A program made the position numbers and the translations under genes. This document shows positions 21,969 through 34,000 of a DNA stretch of 64,000 nucleotides, in pieces. This DNA comes from Selaginella moellendorffii (Eukaryota; Plantae; Lycopodiophyta), in NCBI RefSeq assembly GCF_000143415.4, contig NW_003314320.1, positions 62,001 through 126,000 of the forward strand, in the 5' to 3' direction. Position 1 is the stretch's first letter. Each line of letters opens with the position of its first letter. Below the pieces are notes generated by a model that was given only the letters and a program-made list of their open reading frames with translations, was not told where the DNA came from and did no database searches.

Positions 21969-23850
21969 ATGGCGTCGTCTCTCCAGGCGGTCCCCGTTGC
22001 TCAGGTATAATCTCTCCTCTGGATCGCATCCATGGATTCTTGCTCCTGGCGCTAGATTGCTACATTTCCATCGCTGCAATGCGAGGCATCGATCGATTCT
22101 CGGCACACTTTCTTCAAGAATTGTTCCTCTTGCTCGAAATATCACGTATCGATCGATCGCGAAATCTTTCCTGATTTCGTTTCGTTGATAATGCATCGTG
22201 TTTTGTCGTCTCCACAACGCATTGATTAGATCCAGCGCATTCTTGCTCGCGATCGAGAATTCACTGACCTGTCTTGTTCCTTTCTCACAGGCTGTGAGCT
22301 TACCAGCGCAGAAATCCTCATCCAAGGTGGCCTGTCTCAATTCCCAGTTTCTCGGCCTCAACCTGAAAAGGAAGAATGCGTTCCAAGCATCGCTCTCGCA
22401 TGCTATGGGACATAGCCGGGTGGTTTGCGAGTCTTCGAGCACAGAGGACGAAACAAAGCAGTCGGCGAAAGATAGATGGGGGGGCTTGGCGACCGATATC
22501 TCGGACGACCAGCAGGACATTACTCGTGGCAAGGGAATGGTGGACACTCTCTACCAAGGAGCCATGGGAATGGGAACCCAGACTGCTATCATGAGTAGCT
22601 ACGAGTACATCAGCACGGCCCAGCGCAAGTAAGCTTCTTCTTCTACGTCAAAGTTGCTCGTTTTTTTATTTTTCCTGATCCATTGATGATGTTGTGAATG
22701 GAATTCGTCCAGCTTTGCTTTTGACAACACCAAGGACGGCTTTTACATCGCACCCGCGTTCATGGAGAAGCTGATGATCCATATTGCCAAGAACTTCATG
22801 TCACTTCCAAACATCAAGGCAAGCTAATTTACAAGTTTTTTGAAGTTTTTCCTAAATGGATGCGATACAATGTCCCAGGTGCCACTCATTCTTGGAATCT
22901 GGGGAGGCAAAGGTCAGGGGAAGTCATTCCAGTGCGAGCTCGTATTTTCCAAGCTTGGTGTCAAGTAAGTTCATTGTTTGTTCATTGTTTGTTCAAGTCA
23001 TTGATTCTCATGTTTTTGCTGGCAGCCCGATTATGATGAGTGCTGGAGAACTCGAGAGTGGAAATGCAGGAGAGCCTGCTAAACTCATCCGGCAGAGATA
23101 CCGCGAGGCTGCGGATATCATCAAGAAGAAAGGAAAGATGTGCTGCCTCTTCATCAACGATCTGGATGCCGGTGCTGGACGAATGGGTGGCACCACCCAG
23201 TACACCGTCAACAACCAGATGGTGAACGCAACGCTCATGAACATCGCTGACAATCCGACCAACGTCCAGCTCCCTGGAATCTACAACAAGGAGGAGATCC
23301 CCCGAGTTCCAATCATCGTCACAGGAAACGACTTCTCCACGCTCTACGCGCCGCTCATCCGAGATGGTCGTATGGAGAAGTACTACTGGGCGCCAACCCG
23401 CGAGGACAGGATAGGAGTTTGCAAGGGGATCTTCCGCACGGATGGGATCGCCGAGGACGACATGGTGAAGCTTGTGGATGCATTCCCAGGCCAATCCATC
23501 GGTACGCGGAACTTCTCTCGATAGACACTCCGCAAGTTCTCACTCCTTTTTTCGTTTCGTCTTTCGCAGATTTCTTCGGTGCTCTAAGAGCAAGAGTGTA
23601 CGATGACGAGGTCCGGAAGTGGATCGAATCCACCGGCGTGGAGAACATTGGATCCAAGCTCGTCAACTCAAGGGACGGGCCACCAACGTTTGCCAAGCCG
23701 GCCATGACCATCAACAAGCTCATGTCGTACGGATACATGCTCGTCAAGGAGCAAGAGAACGTCAAGAGGGTCCAACTCGCCGAGAAGTACATGTCCGAGG
23801 CCGCCTTGGGCGATGCCAACGAAGACGCCATCAAGCAAGGCACCTTTTAA
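21969..23850 (+). CDS. RCA: Rubisco activase (short, beta-type C-terminus), multi-exon
   Basis: Transit peptide, [25 protein letters not shown], Walker [24 protein letters not shown] and RDGRMEK; ends DAIKQGTF*. Confidence 0.97.
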
Positions 23851-24089
23851 GCTTACTCCAAGCTCTCTCTCGCTCGGTGATCGCAAGAGGTATTGTAACG
23901 CTCCACTCTTTTATTTCACGCCAAGTCTCTCGAGACTATATCTTCTTCTTCTTCCACAACAAATATGAATATATACATGCCCTTTCGAAAAACTGGAAGC
24001 ACGAGAGTTAGATAACAGAGAGATGGAATCTATCTACACGTACCATCTATTGGGACGAAGTGTATGATCGATCACACCGCAGGCTCTGG

Positions 24090-25529
24090 CTTATTTGTAC
24101 GAGTTTTTTTTTTTCGAGAGGAGGAGGCTTGGAAAAGTCTCACCACACATTGGCGGCTCTTCTCCTGTTGACAAGTGGCTCGCGATAACCCTCTGGGACC
24201 TCCTCCAGTGCCTCGGCCTCATTAACAAGGTGATAGTCCTCTTCTTCGACAATCTGGCCACCAGCAGGAGGTTGATCCCTGGTTGTCACATTCTGCGAGA
24301 AAAACAAAGAAGGCCATTACAAACAGAAGACCCGAGAAACGAAGAGAGAAAACGAGAAAGCAAAGCTCTACTTTGGTTAACAAAGCTCGGCGATGGGAGT
24401 CGAGAGGATAAGGCTCGGGAAGAAGTACGAAAAAGAGGAAGGAGGCTTTGGCTCACAAAAAGGACTCGGAGTTTCGTTTTCAAGTTTGAAGAAGCTTTTA
24501 GTTGGTCTTGACAGGAGGGTGTGGATTGCTGTTTGGATGCGGGTGTGGTGGATTGAACGATGCCTGTGCATCAGGATGGACGGGAAGTTGTGAGCCATCT
24601 GAGGGTTCAGTGACGGCCACATAGTTTGCTACGGTTGTGTAGCCATAGTTCGAGGCAAGGGTGAAGGAGCGTCTCAGCCAGCCAGGTCTACTTTCCTATA
24701 GAAGAAGTTCGAGAGTGGCAAAGAAACGGGGTTAAAGGACGCGTTTCTGCTAGCTTAACACTCGAAATGAAGAAAAACGTAACAAAGCGTACCTGAGTTA
24801 CGACGGGAGGGTTCGGAGTTTGCGAAGCCACGTAGTGAAGGAGCTCCAAGAACCTGGCTTGCACGTACATCGCAGCTCTCTGCCAGTAATTGTAAGCCAA
24901 ATCCCCTGCCCGAGTCTTCAACTCGTTCAGGTGGCGATCGATCGTTGGCTCGTGGAAAGAGACGTATGGTTTCAGGAACGTCATGTATATGTAGGTGGCC
25001 CCCTGGAACAACGAGTGCTGGTTATCATCCCTTGAAAGAACAACTAAGAAAGTACCAGACCTTTGTTTTGGGATACCACAGATAGATGATAAATGCGACC
25101 TTTGCTTCGTTGTACATTGGAAACCTGGAGAAACAAGCTTAATAAGTTCTTGCTCTTAAGAAGAAAAAAAGAAAGAAATGGAAGAGTAAGCTCGTACCAA
25201 GAGATGAAAGTGTCCCCGATGCGCTCAAATATCGTCAAAACCGCGATGATCATCCTGATCGAGGCAAAGAAATGAACAAAACAAACAGTGTTCTTCTCTC
25301 CAACAAGGATAGGAAAGGGAAAAGTCACGCATTACCAGTACTGGCACCAGAATCGAAGAGCATCAATGTCTGGACGGCTCTTTTCGACGCCTTTGAAGCA
25401 CTCGTAAGCGGGATAGGCATAGCCGACAACCATTCTACAAGAAAAACATCGCCAAGAAAGCGATTGTCACTCGAGAATCACGAAGGAAATCGAGACTTAC
25501 AGGATCAATCGCGTCACAATGGAGCCCAT
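24090..25529 (-). CDS. HVA22-like / REEP (TB2/DP1) protein, multi-exon
   Basis: VGYAYPAYECFKGVEK, LRFWCQYW, FPMYNEAKVAFIIYLWYPKTK/GATYIY.TFLKPY. The 3' end is approximate. Confidence 0.85.
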
Positions 25530-25774
25530 GGCCGTGACGAACAGCGCCGCCGCCCGCCCAGCCCTGCCCAGCGCCAAGAAACGAGTAAAAGAAGTTCCAA
25601 AATCTCTTCCCTCACATATCAAACCAAATAGCCCTATTTCGGGTTTAAGTTTAAGCCATTTAAACGGGCGCGTCCGTTAACGCAAATCCGACGTGTCATA
25701 GCAGTTTCCGTCAGTCAATTAGGGCTAGGGTTTTTTAAAAAACAAAGAAAGATAGCTTTGCCCCGGGCGTGGCT

Positions 25775-26765
25775 ATGGCGGGGCGAGAGGTGAGGGAGTA
25801 CACCAATCTCAGCGATTCGCGAGGTAAGATCTCCAAAAAATTTCCTGCTACATCCGAATTCGCTGCTAGAATAAGGGATTTGGGGTGGAATGTGGGCTGA
25901 ATTTTCGATTTCTTGCAGATAAGAGATGGTATTCCAAGGGTTTGAGAGACAAGATAGATGATGAAGATGCGGCGTTCAAGAAGATGGTCGCCAGGGTTAG
26001 TGAACCGGCCATACTGGTTTTAAGCTTCTATTTTTTCGCTTCCAGTCGAGCGATGTTACTGAGAACTTGCCCTGACAGGGATATTGGCGCTGCGAAACAG
26101 ATGCAAGAGGTAGCAGGGGAACGCGGAGGGTATTTGCATGGACGAGGCGGTACTGTTCTTCACTTAGTTTTTGAATTCCTTGCATTTCTCTAGGAAAAGC
26201 TCGTTTTTTTTCTTGGTTTTCTCACGTTTTCCTGGGAGGTTCTTTGCAGCTCTTGACAGCGATGATCTTCTCTACCTCAAAGAACAGATGGAAGCCGAGG
26301 AGGATGCCGAGAGGGTGAGGAGGAGATCAGAGAAGAAGGCGTTTGATGCGTTTAAGATATCCTTCACACTTTTGAGACGGCTATCTCTTTTTCCGTGATT
26401 GATCTCCTTGACGCGAGTTTTCCAGCACAAAGCGGCCAGCTTAGTGGACGCTTCTCAAGCTCCGGCGTTCCCTGCAATCCGTGTAGAGCCCAAGCCAAGG
26501 AGTGGAATCCGGTACTGGTTAAGTTCAAGCGTGGTTCTTTTTGTGACTTGGCTCTTGTAGGCAACAGGATCTACTTAAGAGCATTGTGGAAGTAAAGCCG
26601 AAGAGAGTTCGTGTTGCTGGCCCTGCGACGAATGATCGTGTTGAAGCACGATCGCCGAGTCCAGCAGCTCCTACTACTTTGCAGCCACAATCCACTACAG
26701 AAGCTAAAGATGGCGACATTGGTTTGCTGGGTTTAGCGTACCAAAGCTCTGACGAAGATGAGTAG
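25775..26765 (+). CDS. Conserved plant protein of unknown function (possibly FAM192A/NIP30-like), 6 exons including one U12 AT-AC intron
   Basis: MAGREVREYTNLSD..KIDDED..MQEVAGERGGYLHGRGALDSDDLLYLKEQMEAEEDAER..FK/KAA..VEPKPRSGIRQQDLLK..GLLGLAYQSSDEDE*. Confidence 0.8.
26357..26428 (+). other. U12-type (minor spliceosome) AT-AC intron
   Basis: 5' ATATCCTT, branch site TCCTTGAC at 26405-26412 and 3' CAC; removal gives in-frame FK/KAAS. Confidence 0.85.
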
Positions 26766-26972
26766 CGGGCATTCTATAAATAAATGAAGGTGATTTGTAT
26801 AAAATGAATGATATCTATGTTACTTTGTACAATTGAGATCGAGCTTAAAAGCTTGTGAGTTTTATCAACATAGACAACAAAGATGATATCATGGAAGAAC
26901 TTTTCCAAATTCCAGGAACTTGGAAAAACTTGGAAGATCCATCCTTGTGTTCCCTGTGTGGTACTTTCTCTT

Positions 26973-28895
26973 CTATCCTAAAATATATGGGAGGGGACTG
27001 CAAGGATCCAACTGATGTAAATTTTGAGCAACTTTAATACTTACATTCTTAGCTCCATGGATCTTTCGTGCATTAAGTATGGACGTCCACTCCTCAACGT
27101 TAGGATGAAATGGCATGGAGGCGGCAAGCTCCTCGGCCTCCTCCACTCTTCCCGACCGTCCTAGCAGATCCACCATGCACTTGAAGTGCTCCGCAGTCGC
27201 CACAAGCTCGTAGTCGAGCTCCATCGCCACAAAGTAGCACCAAGCACTGGACAAGCTCCCTGCGTGAACGCTCGCAGAGAGAAGCGCCAGGAAAGTGATT
27301 CCATCCGGCTGGAGCCCCTCGCACTGCATCTTTGAGTAGCACCGCTCGGCGTCTCTCCACAGCCCGTTCTGAGCGAAAGCTGTGATCATAGCGTTCCATG
27401 ACACGGCATCGGCGTTGTTCATTCGCTCAAACACCACCTCTGCGCGACCGAGGAGCCCGAACTTACCATACATGTTGATCATCGCATTTGCAACCAGCAA
27501 ATCCTTCTCGAGCTTGCTGCCGCTGATGGAGCCGTGAAGATCTCTCCCTTCCCTGCTGCTCGAGAAGCTCGCACAGGCATCGAAAGCACAGGCCAGAGCC
27601 ACAGCGTCGGGATCCATGCCTTCCAAGTCCATGAGTCGAAAGAGGAGGAACGGTTCTCTGTGGTAGCCGCTCTGGGAGTAAGCAGTGAGCATCACAGTCC
27701 ACGAGACCACGTCTCGATGCGGCATTTGGTCGAAGGCATCCCTGGCTTGATCGAGCCTGTTGTGTTGTGCGAGACAACTTATCATGCCGTTCCATGACTG
27801 GACATTCTTGTCGGGTGTCTGCTGGAAGTAGTGACGCGCTGTCTGGAAGTCCCCGCAGTGAGCAGCCGCAATGACTATGGCGTTCCACAAGATGGTGTCT
27901 CGGTTGGGGATCTTGTCAAATAGCTTCCTTGCTGCCTCCAGATCCCCGACACGACCATATCCAACGATGATCGCTGTCTGGCAGACCAGATCTTCCTCGA
28001 ATGGTGTGGTGCTTAGCAAGCGTAGTGCTTTAGAAGGATACCCCGACTCTGCATACGCTGAAACCATAGCTCTCCAGGACACTCGATCACGTCGCGGCAT
28101 CTTGTCGAAGAGCTCCTTGGCATCTTGAAGCTGGGATCTTCGTGAGTAAGCAGTGATCATGAAGTTCCATAGCTCTGGAGGAGGACCATGATCTTCTTCT
28201 TCTTCTTCCTCCGCTAGCCGATCAAATAGGCCACGGGCTTGTTGCATATATCCAGCCCGGGCATACGCCATCACCATCGTTGTCCAAGTGATGGCATTGC
28301 GTTGAGACGAAGGCATTCTCTCAAAGAGCTCTCTCGCATCTTTGAGATCCCCGTTCTTCACGTACGCGCTGATCATCGCGTTCCACGAGACTTGGTTTGG
28401 AGCCTGGAGCCCGTCAAACATCTGCTTGGCGAGTTTGAGATCGCCATCCCTGGCAGCTGCCGTGATCATAATGTTCCACGAAGCCACGTCTTTGCTCGGC
28501 ATCCTGCTAAACGTTCTCCGTGCCTCTTCCAAGAACCCATTCTGCGCTTGGGCCGATACCAACGCGTTCCAAGAGACCACGTTGCGCTGTGGCATTTTGT
28601 CGAAGAAGAGCCGCGCGTCGTCGAGATACCCGTTCTGGGCATATGTCGCGAGCATGATGTTGAAAGCCACAACGTTGGGCCTGTCGATCGCGTCGAACAC
28701 CTGCCGGGCATCTCTCACACTACCGCACTTGCCGTACATGTGGACGAGGAGATTGGCCAGGTACCTGTCTCGACTGTAGCTGCTTCCGAGTACGAGAGAG
28801 TGAACCTTTCTAGCCTGGGTCAAGTCTTTTGCACGTCGGACCAATCTTGCGAGTCCATCAGCACTGTGATCTTCCGGTGATGCTGGGAGAGGCAT
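26973..28895 (-). CDS. PLS-class PPR protein (E domain, no DYW)
   Basis: Intronless ORF with LANLLVHMYGKCGS, many S/SS repeats and HFKCMVDLLGRSGRVEEAEEL. The ATG start is approximate. Confidence 0.93.
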   Translation of the reverse strand: MPLPASPEDHSADGLARLVRRAKDLTQARKVHSLVLGSSYSRDRYLANLLVHMYGKCGSVRDARQVFDAIDRPNVVAFNIMLATYAQNGYLDDARLFFDKMPQRNVVSWNALVSAQAQNGFLEEARRTFSRMPSKDVASWNIMITAAARDGDLKLAKQMFDGLQAPNQVSWNAMISAYVKNGDLKDARELFERMPSSQRNAITWTTMVMAYARAGYMQQARGLFDRLAEEEEEEDHGPPPELWNFMITAYSRRSQLQDAKELFDKMPRRDRVSWRAMVSAYAESGYPSKALRLLSTTPFEEDLVCQTAIIVGYGRVGDLEAARKLFDKIPNRDTILWNAIVIAAAHCGDFQTARHYFQQTPDKNVQSWNGMISCLAQHNRLDQARDAFDQMPHRDVVSWTVMLTAYSQSGYHREPFLLFRLMDLEGMDPDAVALACAFDACASFSSSREGRDLHGSISGSKLEKDLLVANAMINMYGKFGLLGRAEVVFERMNNADAVSWNAMITAFAQNGLWRDAERCYSKMQCEGLQPDGITFLALLSASVHAGSLSSAWCYFVAMELDYELVATAEHFKCMVDLLGRSGRVEEAEELAASMPFHPNVEEWTSILNARKIHGAKNVSIKVAQNLHQLDPCSPLPYILG

Positions 28896-29284
28896 CACCT
28901 CTTCAATCAAACAAAGGAAAGTTATTGAGTCATAATGTATTCTTTAACAACTCATAGGGATCTTGCAGCTCTGGCAATGCGGTTCGCCTGAAGGAGTGAT
29001 CGATTTTCTATGTATCGAGTTTCAAGCTCTCTTCTTCAAGCTGTAGAGAAACTTATATCACAATTGTTTGAATGCCCCCAAGAGCGAAAACTAGAAGCGA
29101 ACCACTAGGTAGTTGAGATAATTAGAGGGTTGACCTCTCCAAACAAGAACACGAGAGAAGAGTGATCGTGCTCTCCAAGTCAAATTGATCCGGATTTTAC
29201 GGAATTATTTGGAATAGCTGCAAATGATTATGATAGTACTAAATAATTGGTAGATTCTCTCCTCTTACAATTCCATCGCGCTGT

Positions 29285-29525
29285 GGACAAAACGGGCAGC
29301 TTGACGTGAAACTTAGTATAAATCGAAGACCTGTCGAAGCCATTGTGATTGACAGAGAGTCCGTGTTTAACAGAAGCTACAAATGGTTCATGCTAGTACT
29401 ATTGTTCCAATCCAAGCGGACAAACCGGGCAGCATGACGTGAAACTTAATATAAATCGAAGAGCTGTTGAAACCATTGTGCTTGACAGAAAGAAATGGGG
29501 AGCCTGTGTTTGCAGAAGCTATCAG
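29285..29525 (+). promoter_or_regulatory. Tandemly duplicated core promoter (TGACGTG element plus TATA box) of the terpene synthase
   Basis: ggacaaa.cgggcagc.tgacgtgaaactta.tataaatcgaaga.ctgt.gaa.ccattgtg.ttgacaga occurs at ~29285 and again at ~29418. Confidence 0.65.
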
Positions 29526-30598
29526 CGGTAGAACGTCTCTTCGCTCTCGAGAGTTTCGAGCTTCCGGAGGTACCATGCTCTCTCTCTTTCCACAGGCACC
29601 CCGAGTACAAGTCAATCACCAGGGAAGCAAACGAGTGGGCATTCAAATGCACGAGGAGGGATTTGAGTCCGGAGGAGAAGAAATCCCTGCTCCAGTGGAA
29701 GGTTCCAATGGTGACATGCCTTTCCACGGCTCACGCTCCGAAAGAGAATATGGTGGCGTCGGCCAAGTTTGCTTGGGCCATTGCCTTCCTGGACGACCCG
29801 ATTGATGACAACGAGGTCGCCGCAACGTCGTATCTCGACACTGTTCTTAGCCTCTGCAATGGAACCGCATCGCTTGCGGAAGTTCCAGACATTGTTGCGT
29901 ATCGAGCTTGCCACGATCTGATGAAGGATTTGAGGTCTCTGTTGCAGCCGGAGCTCTTCAAGCGCACAGTTTCCACTGTCGAGGGTTGGGCGAGAAGCAT
30001 CTCGAGTGACGACTTGAAGCAGGACTACAAGCTCTACAGGAGGAACAACATCTTCATTCTGCCACTGTTCTACACACTCATTGGCGCTTCCTTTGAAGAT
30101 GAGGATGTCGAGTCCCCGGATTTCGTCAGTGCTCAGAACGCTATGCTTGATCATATATGGATGGTGAACGATATCTTCTCGTTTCGCAATGAGTTCTACA
30201 AGAAGAAGTTGAACAACCTGCCGGCTGTGCTGCTGCTCACCGATCCGAGCGTGCAGACGTTTCAGGAAGCAGTGAACGCTACATGCAGGATGATCCAGGA
30301 CAAGGAAGAAGAATTCATCTATTACCGCAACATCCTTGCCGCGAACGCGTCCCGGAATGGGAAGGACTTCTTGAAGTTCCTGGATGTTCTCTCCTGCGCA
30401 ATCCCGGCGAATCTGGCGTTCCACTATGCGAGCAGCCGCTACCACGGCATGGATAACCCTCTTCTGGCCGGGGGCACGTTTCATGGGACCTGGATTCTGG
30501 ATCCAAAGCGCACCATCATCGTTTCGGACCCGAACAGAAGTAACGGAGCGGCATCAAACAAACTCAACCAGATCCAAGATTTATCAAAGTTGATATGA
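29495..30598 (+). CDS. MTPSL: Microbial-type terpene synthase-like (MTPSL) protein
   Basis: Intronless, 367 aa, alpha domain only; LDDPIDD aspartate-rich motif, YRR, NDIFSFRNE (NSE/DTE triad) and SSRY motif. Confidence 0.9.
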   Translation: MGSLCLQKLSAVERLFALESFELPEVPCSLSFHRHPEYKSITREANEWAFKCTRRDLSPEEKKSLLQWKVPMVTCLSTAHAPKENMVASAKFAWAIAFLDDPIDDNEVAATSYLDTVLSLCNGTASLAEVPDIVAYRACHDLMKDLRSLLQPELFKRTVSTVEGWARSISSDDLKQDYKLYRRNNIFILPLFYTLIGASFEDEDVESPDFVSAQNAMLDHIWMVNDIFSFRNEFYKKKLNNLPAVLLLTDPSVQTFQEAVNATCRMIQDKEEEFIYYRNILAANASRNGKDFLKFLDVLSCAIPANLAFHYASSRYHGMDNPLLAGGTFHGTWILDPKRTIIVSDPNRSNGAASNKLNQIQDLSKLI

Positions 30599-30769
30599 AA
30601 AATATATGTACTTTCAGATACCTTAAATCCTTAGTATGCGTTGACGAGCGTGGGTTTGTACACTATGAAGCGTCACAGAAAGAGAAAAAGGTGGTGCGAA
30701 TAATATAGCAAATAGTATGCATGATTGCCACATTTCTGGGACGCCTTAGCCCCACTATTTCTAAGCGAG

Positions 30770-31040
30770 CGGCATCTTGACGAAGAGCTTCTTGTCTTCA
30801 AGTTGGGAGCTTTTCGAGGCCCCCGTGATCAAGGACCATGATCTTCTTCCTGCGCTAGCTAGGCCACGAGCTTGTTGCATATATCCAGCTCATGACCATC
30901 GGTGTCCAAGTGATGGCACGAAAAAAGAGGTCCCTTGCATCTTTGAGATCCGTGCTTCACGTACGCGCTGATCATAGCGTTTCATTGGGATCCTGGAGCC
31001 CGTCAAACATCTGCTTGGGAAGTTTAAGATCGCCATCCCT
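30770..31040 (-). pseudogene. Decayed fragment of the PPR gene region 28095-28450
   Basis: cggcatcttga..cgaagagct, ggaccatgatcttcttc, gcttgttgcatatatccagc, gcatctttgagatcc and tggagcccgtcaaacatctgcttgg are colinear with the source, with deletions. Confidence 0.8.
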
Positions 31041-31098
31041 TCCTGCTAATCGTTACTGTTATCTTGCGCTAGCCTCGATGCCGCTTCCAGCATCGGCA

Positions 31099-34000
31099 TC
31101 ACTTCTTCAAATCCGGATTTACAAGCACCAGGTCCTCTTCAGCAACGGGTTGACTGCACATAGGACATGTCTTCTCTACTTCCAGCATCTGTAGTTAAAG
31201 AAGTTACTACACCTGTGTTTGAATCATAATGTTTGGATATGACCTTTAAGAACTCAGACATGAGAGCGGGGAACTTGCAGCTGGGGCATGTTGTCCAATC
31301 TTCCAACACCATATGCCGACCAGAAACTATACAAAACTGCACAGACAGAGGGATTGAGGCAAAAATTCCAAAACGCCAGCACTCACAGGGATGTTGCTTC
31401 CACAAGCCGGACAGTCAAGTTGCGTTTCTGGTATAGGTAGCGAACACACGGGGCATGGAGACAGAGGCTCCTCGTCTTCAACCTTTTCCGGCTTGCGTAC
31501 TATTTTTTCGATCTTTCGTTTGTACGCAGGAGCAATCATCTGCCTGAATCGAAAGTCAATCACGTGATTCGCAAAACAAAAGTAAATAATACCTGTACTC
31601 CGGATTCATTAGCATGGAAGCATAATCGAAAGCGGATTTTTTCAGGCCTGAACGTTGACACTCGATAACGGCCGATGTGAGAATCTGAACTACGTGAGCA
31701 GGAAACATCGAAATGTTTTTCACTATGCGGATGAGCATGCGAGCACTTAATCTGAAGAGCAAACAATGTATCACGAAACAAATGAATTAAGGAAAAAGTT
31801 AAGCAGGGCCAAACCTGTGATTTTCAAGACGGATTAACGTCTTTACAAGAATGTAGGAATGAAGAAGCATGAGTTGTCTAAGGAGTTCACTAGGCACTTG
31901 CTTTCCGTGATCTTGAAGTGTTCTACAGTAATCCAGTAGAAGTTGATGCCCGCTCCTATAATTGCCTGCTTCCTGTTTTACGATAACAATGATCAGAGAC
32001 TGACTATTCACAGCTCACTTCTACTCACCCTCTCTTGGTCAGCAATTAATTTGGCAGCTTTTGTGGCCTGCTCGTAATGCCCAAGGACCGTGTGCAAGCG
32101 CTGCAAATGTTTCTGTGTTTTTTCCGCTCTTGTGGCATCCGTCAGGAAATCAAACAATTGCGAGATAAGTTCCTCGGCTTTAAGACGCCCAACCATTGCT
32201 ATGGCCTGAAGCAAAGAGCTTTAACCTTAATACATTAAAATAATCCTCATTACCTGATCAATTCCTTCAGCCGAACCCCATTGAAGGTACAAGTTAAGAG
32301 CTTTCTTTGTTTCATTGCAACGTTCGAACAGTAAGCCAGCTTGTGTGTAGTTTCCCGTGGATTCGTAGTACCTGACCATCGCATAAAGGAAGTTCACAGA
32401 TCAGAAATAACATGGAAATTGAAGCTTAACTTGGCGAGTGTCAAACGTTCTTCAGTTGACGCTATATCAACCACGAGTCCGGTGTATACATCCATTTTAC
32501 CATGAAGTTGAGCCAGCTCCCGAGCTTCGTCCCTTCTACAGTCCGGATTAAGCTGATACTGCAGAAAGATGCCCCCAAAGAATAATATATTACCTTTTTG
32601 CCATGATAAAAAATTCAATAGCTCGCTCGTAATCTCCATTTCCCTTGCAGAACTTCGCAGCTAGAAATGCTCCGGAAATGGACTTAGTCTGTGTAAAACT
32701 TATAGTCGGAGACTCAAGTTCGATGAAAGATTACCTCATACACCACCGAATAAGCTCTCGAGGGGTTATTTAGTGGTCCTAATTCCAGCCGAACTACGTT
32801 TTCAAAATCCTGCGAGTAAGAGCAAGCGTTAAACATGCACTGTAATTCGAATATGCTCACCTCTCCCGCTTCATATGCAGCTGACGCATCAGAATATTTT
32901 CGTTCCCCATCCATAGCTCTCCCATACTAGCCATACCAATGTAAGTAGTGAACTTCTTGTGTTGCTTCAGCTTACTTCGTTGTAAAACATTAAGCTATCT
33001 AGCTCCTTTACAAGCAAGCAAGCCTTTGAGTAGTTTCTGGCTGCAATGTATAGCCTTGTGGCCCTTTGAGGCTGTTTACCCATCTCATATAGTTCTGCAG
33101 CATCCTAGCGACATCAGATAGTAAAGCTGACCGGGAGATAATAGCAGAAGAAATACCTGTAATAAGTTCAAGCCTTCGAGAATCTTTGCGCATTCGCCAA
33201 AAAGGCGCGTATCATTGCACTCTATTGCCAACTGCTTTCCCTTCCAAATGTCACCAACGTGAATAAGTGCCCGTGCTAGGCCGGTCTGAACAAGACAGGT
33301 TGACGGACGAGATAAAATATCACCAAAGACTACACCTTTGCTTGAGAGTAACGAGGTGTGTCGGGAAGGCACACTTTCAGAGTATCTTGATAATGCATTA
33401 CTGATTGACGGTATTCGCCTTTCCGTTCAAGCCACTGAGCGTAGTGCCACTTTATATCATGGATTGAAGGCGAATCCAGTTGAACAGCTAGTGGCAACGC
33501 CTAAAAGAAAAGGACGATGAGATCAAAGATCAGGCTTCCTTACCCGATCCCATTGCTGTAGGCTCATTCGTAGATCCACTGCAGATTGCGGATGTATAGA
33601 TTTCAAAAAATAATCCTGTCAAAGTTTAATTGGATTTGCGCGCTCACTAGAATTCACTGGACACACTCTGTACCTGTGCTGTATCATGCTCTCCAAATAT
33701 TGTCATTACATGACCAGCGAATAAATATTTATCTTCAATGTGTTCCAAAGGACGTAAAAGCATTTGCATCTTCACGTCCTTTGCTTGCTGGCAAGCTTTT
33801 AAAGCTAAATCCAGATCCATCTGCCCCAGCGCCTGTTTCGCTAAAGCGTCCCACACCTGACATACACCGTCATGGAGCATTCAGCAACAGAGCAGTACCT
33901 CTATCTCATTTAAAACAATCGCATCATTCCACGCCTCCTTGAAATGGAACAGAGCAATGTTTTGATCAAATCTCATCCTTCTCTCAGCTTGGCTTTCAAC

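Noticed and set aside
21366-22547. 393-aa minus-strand ORF
   Set aside because: Antisense to the OZI1-like gene and Rubisco activase, with no recognisable motifs.
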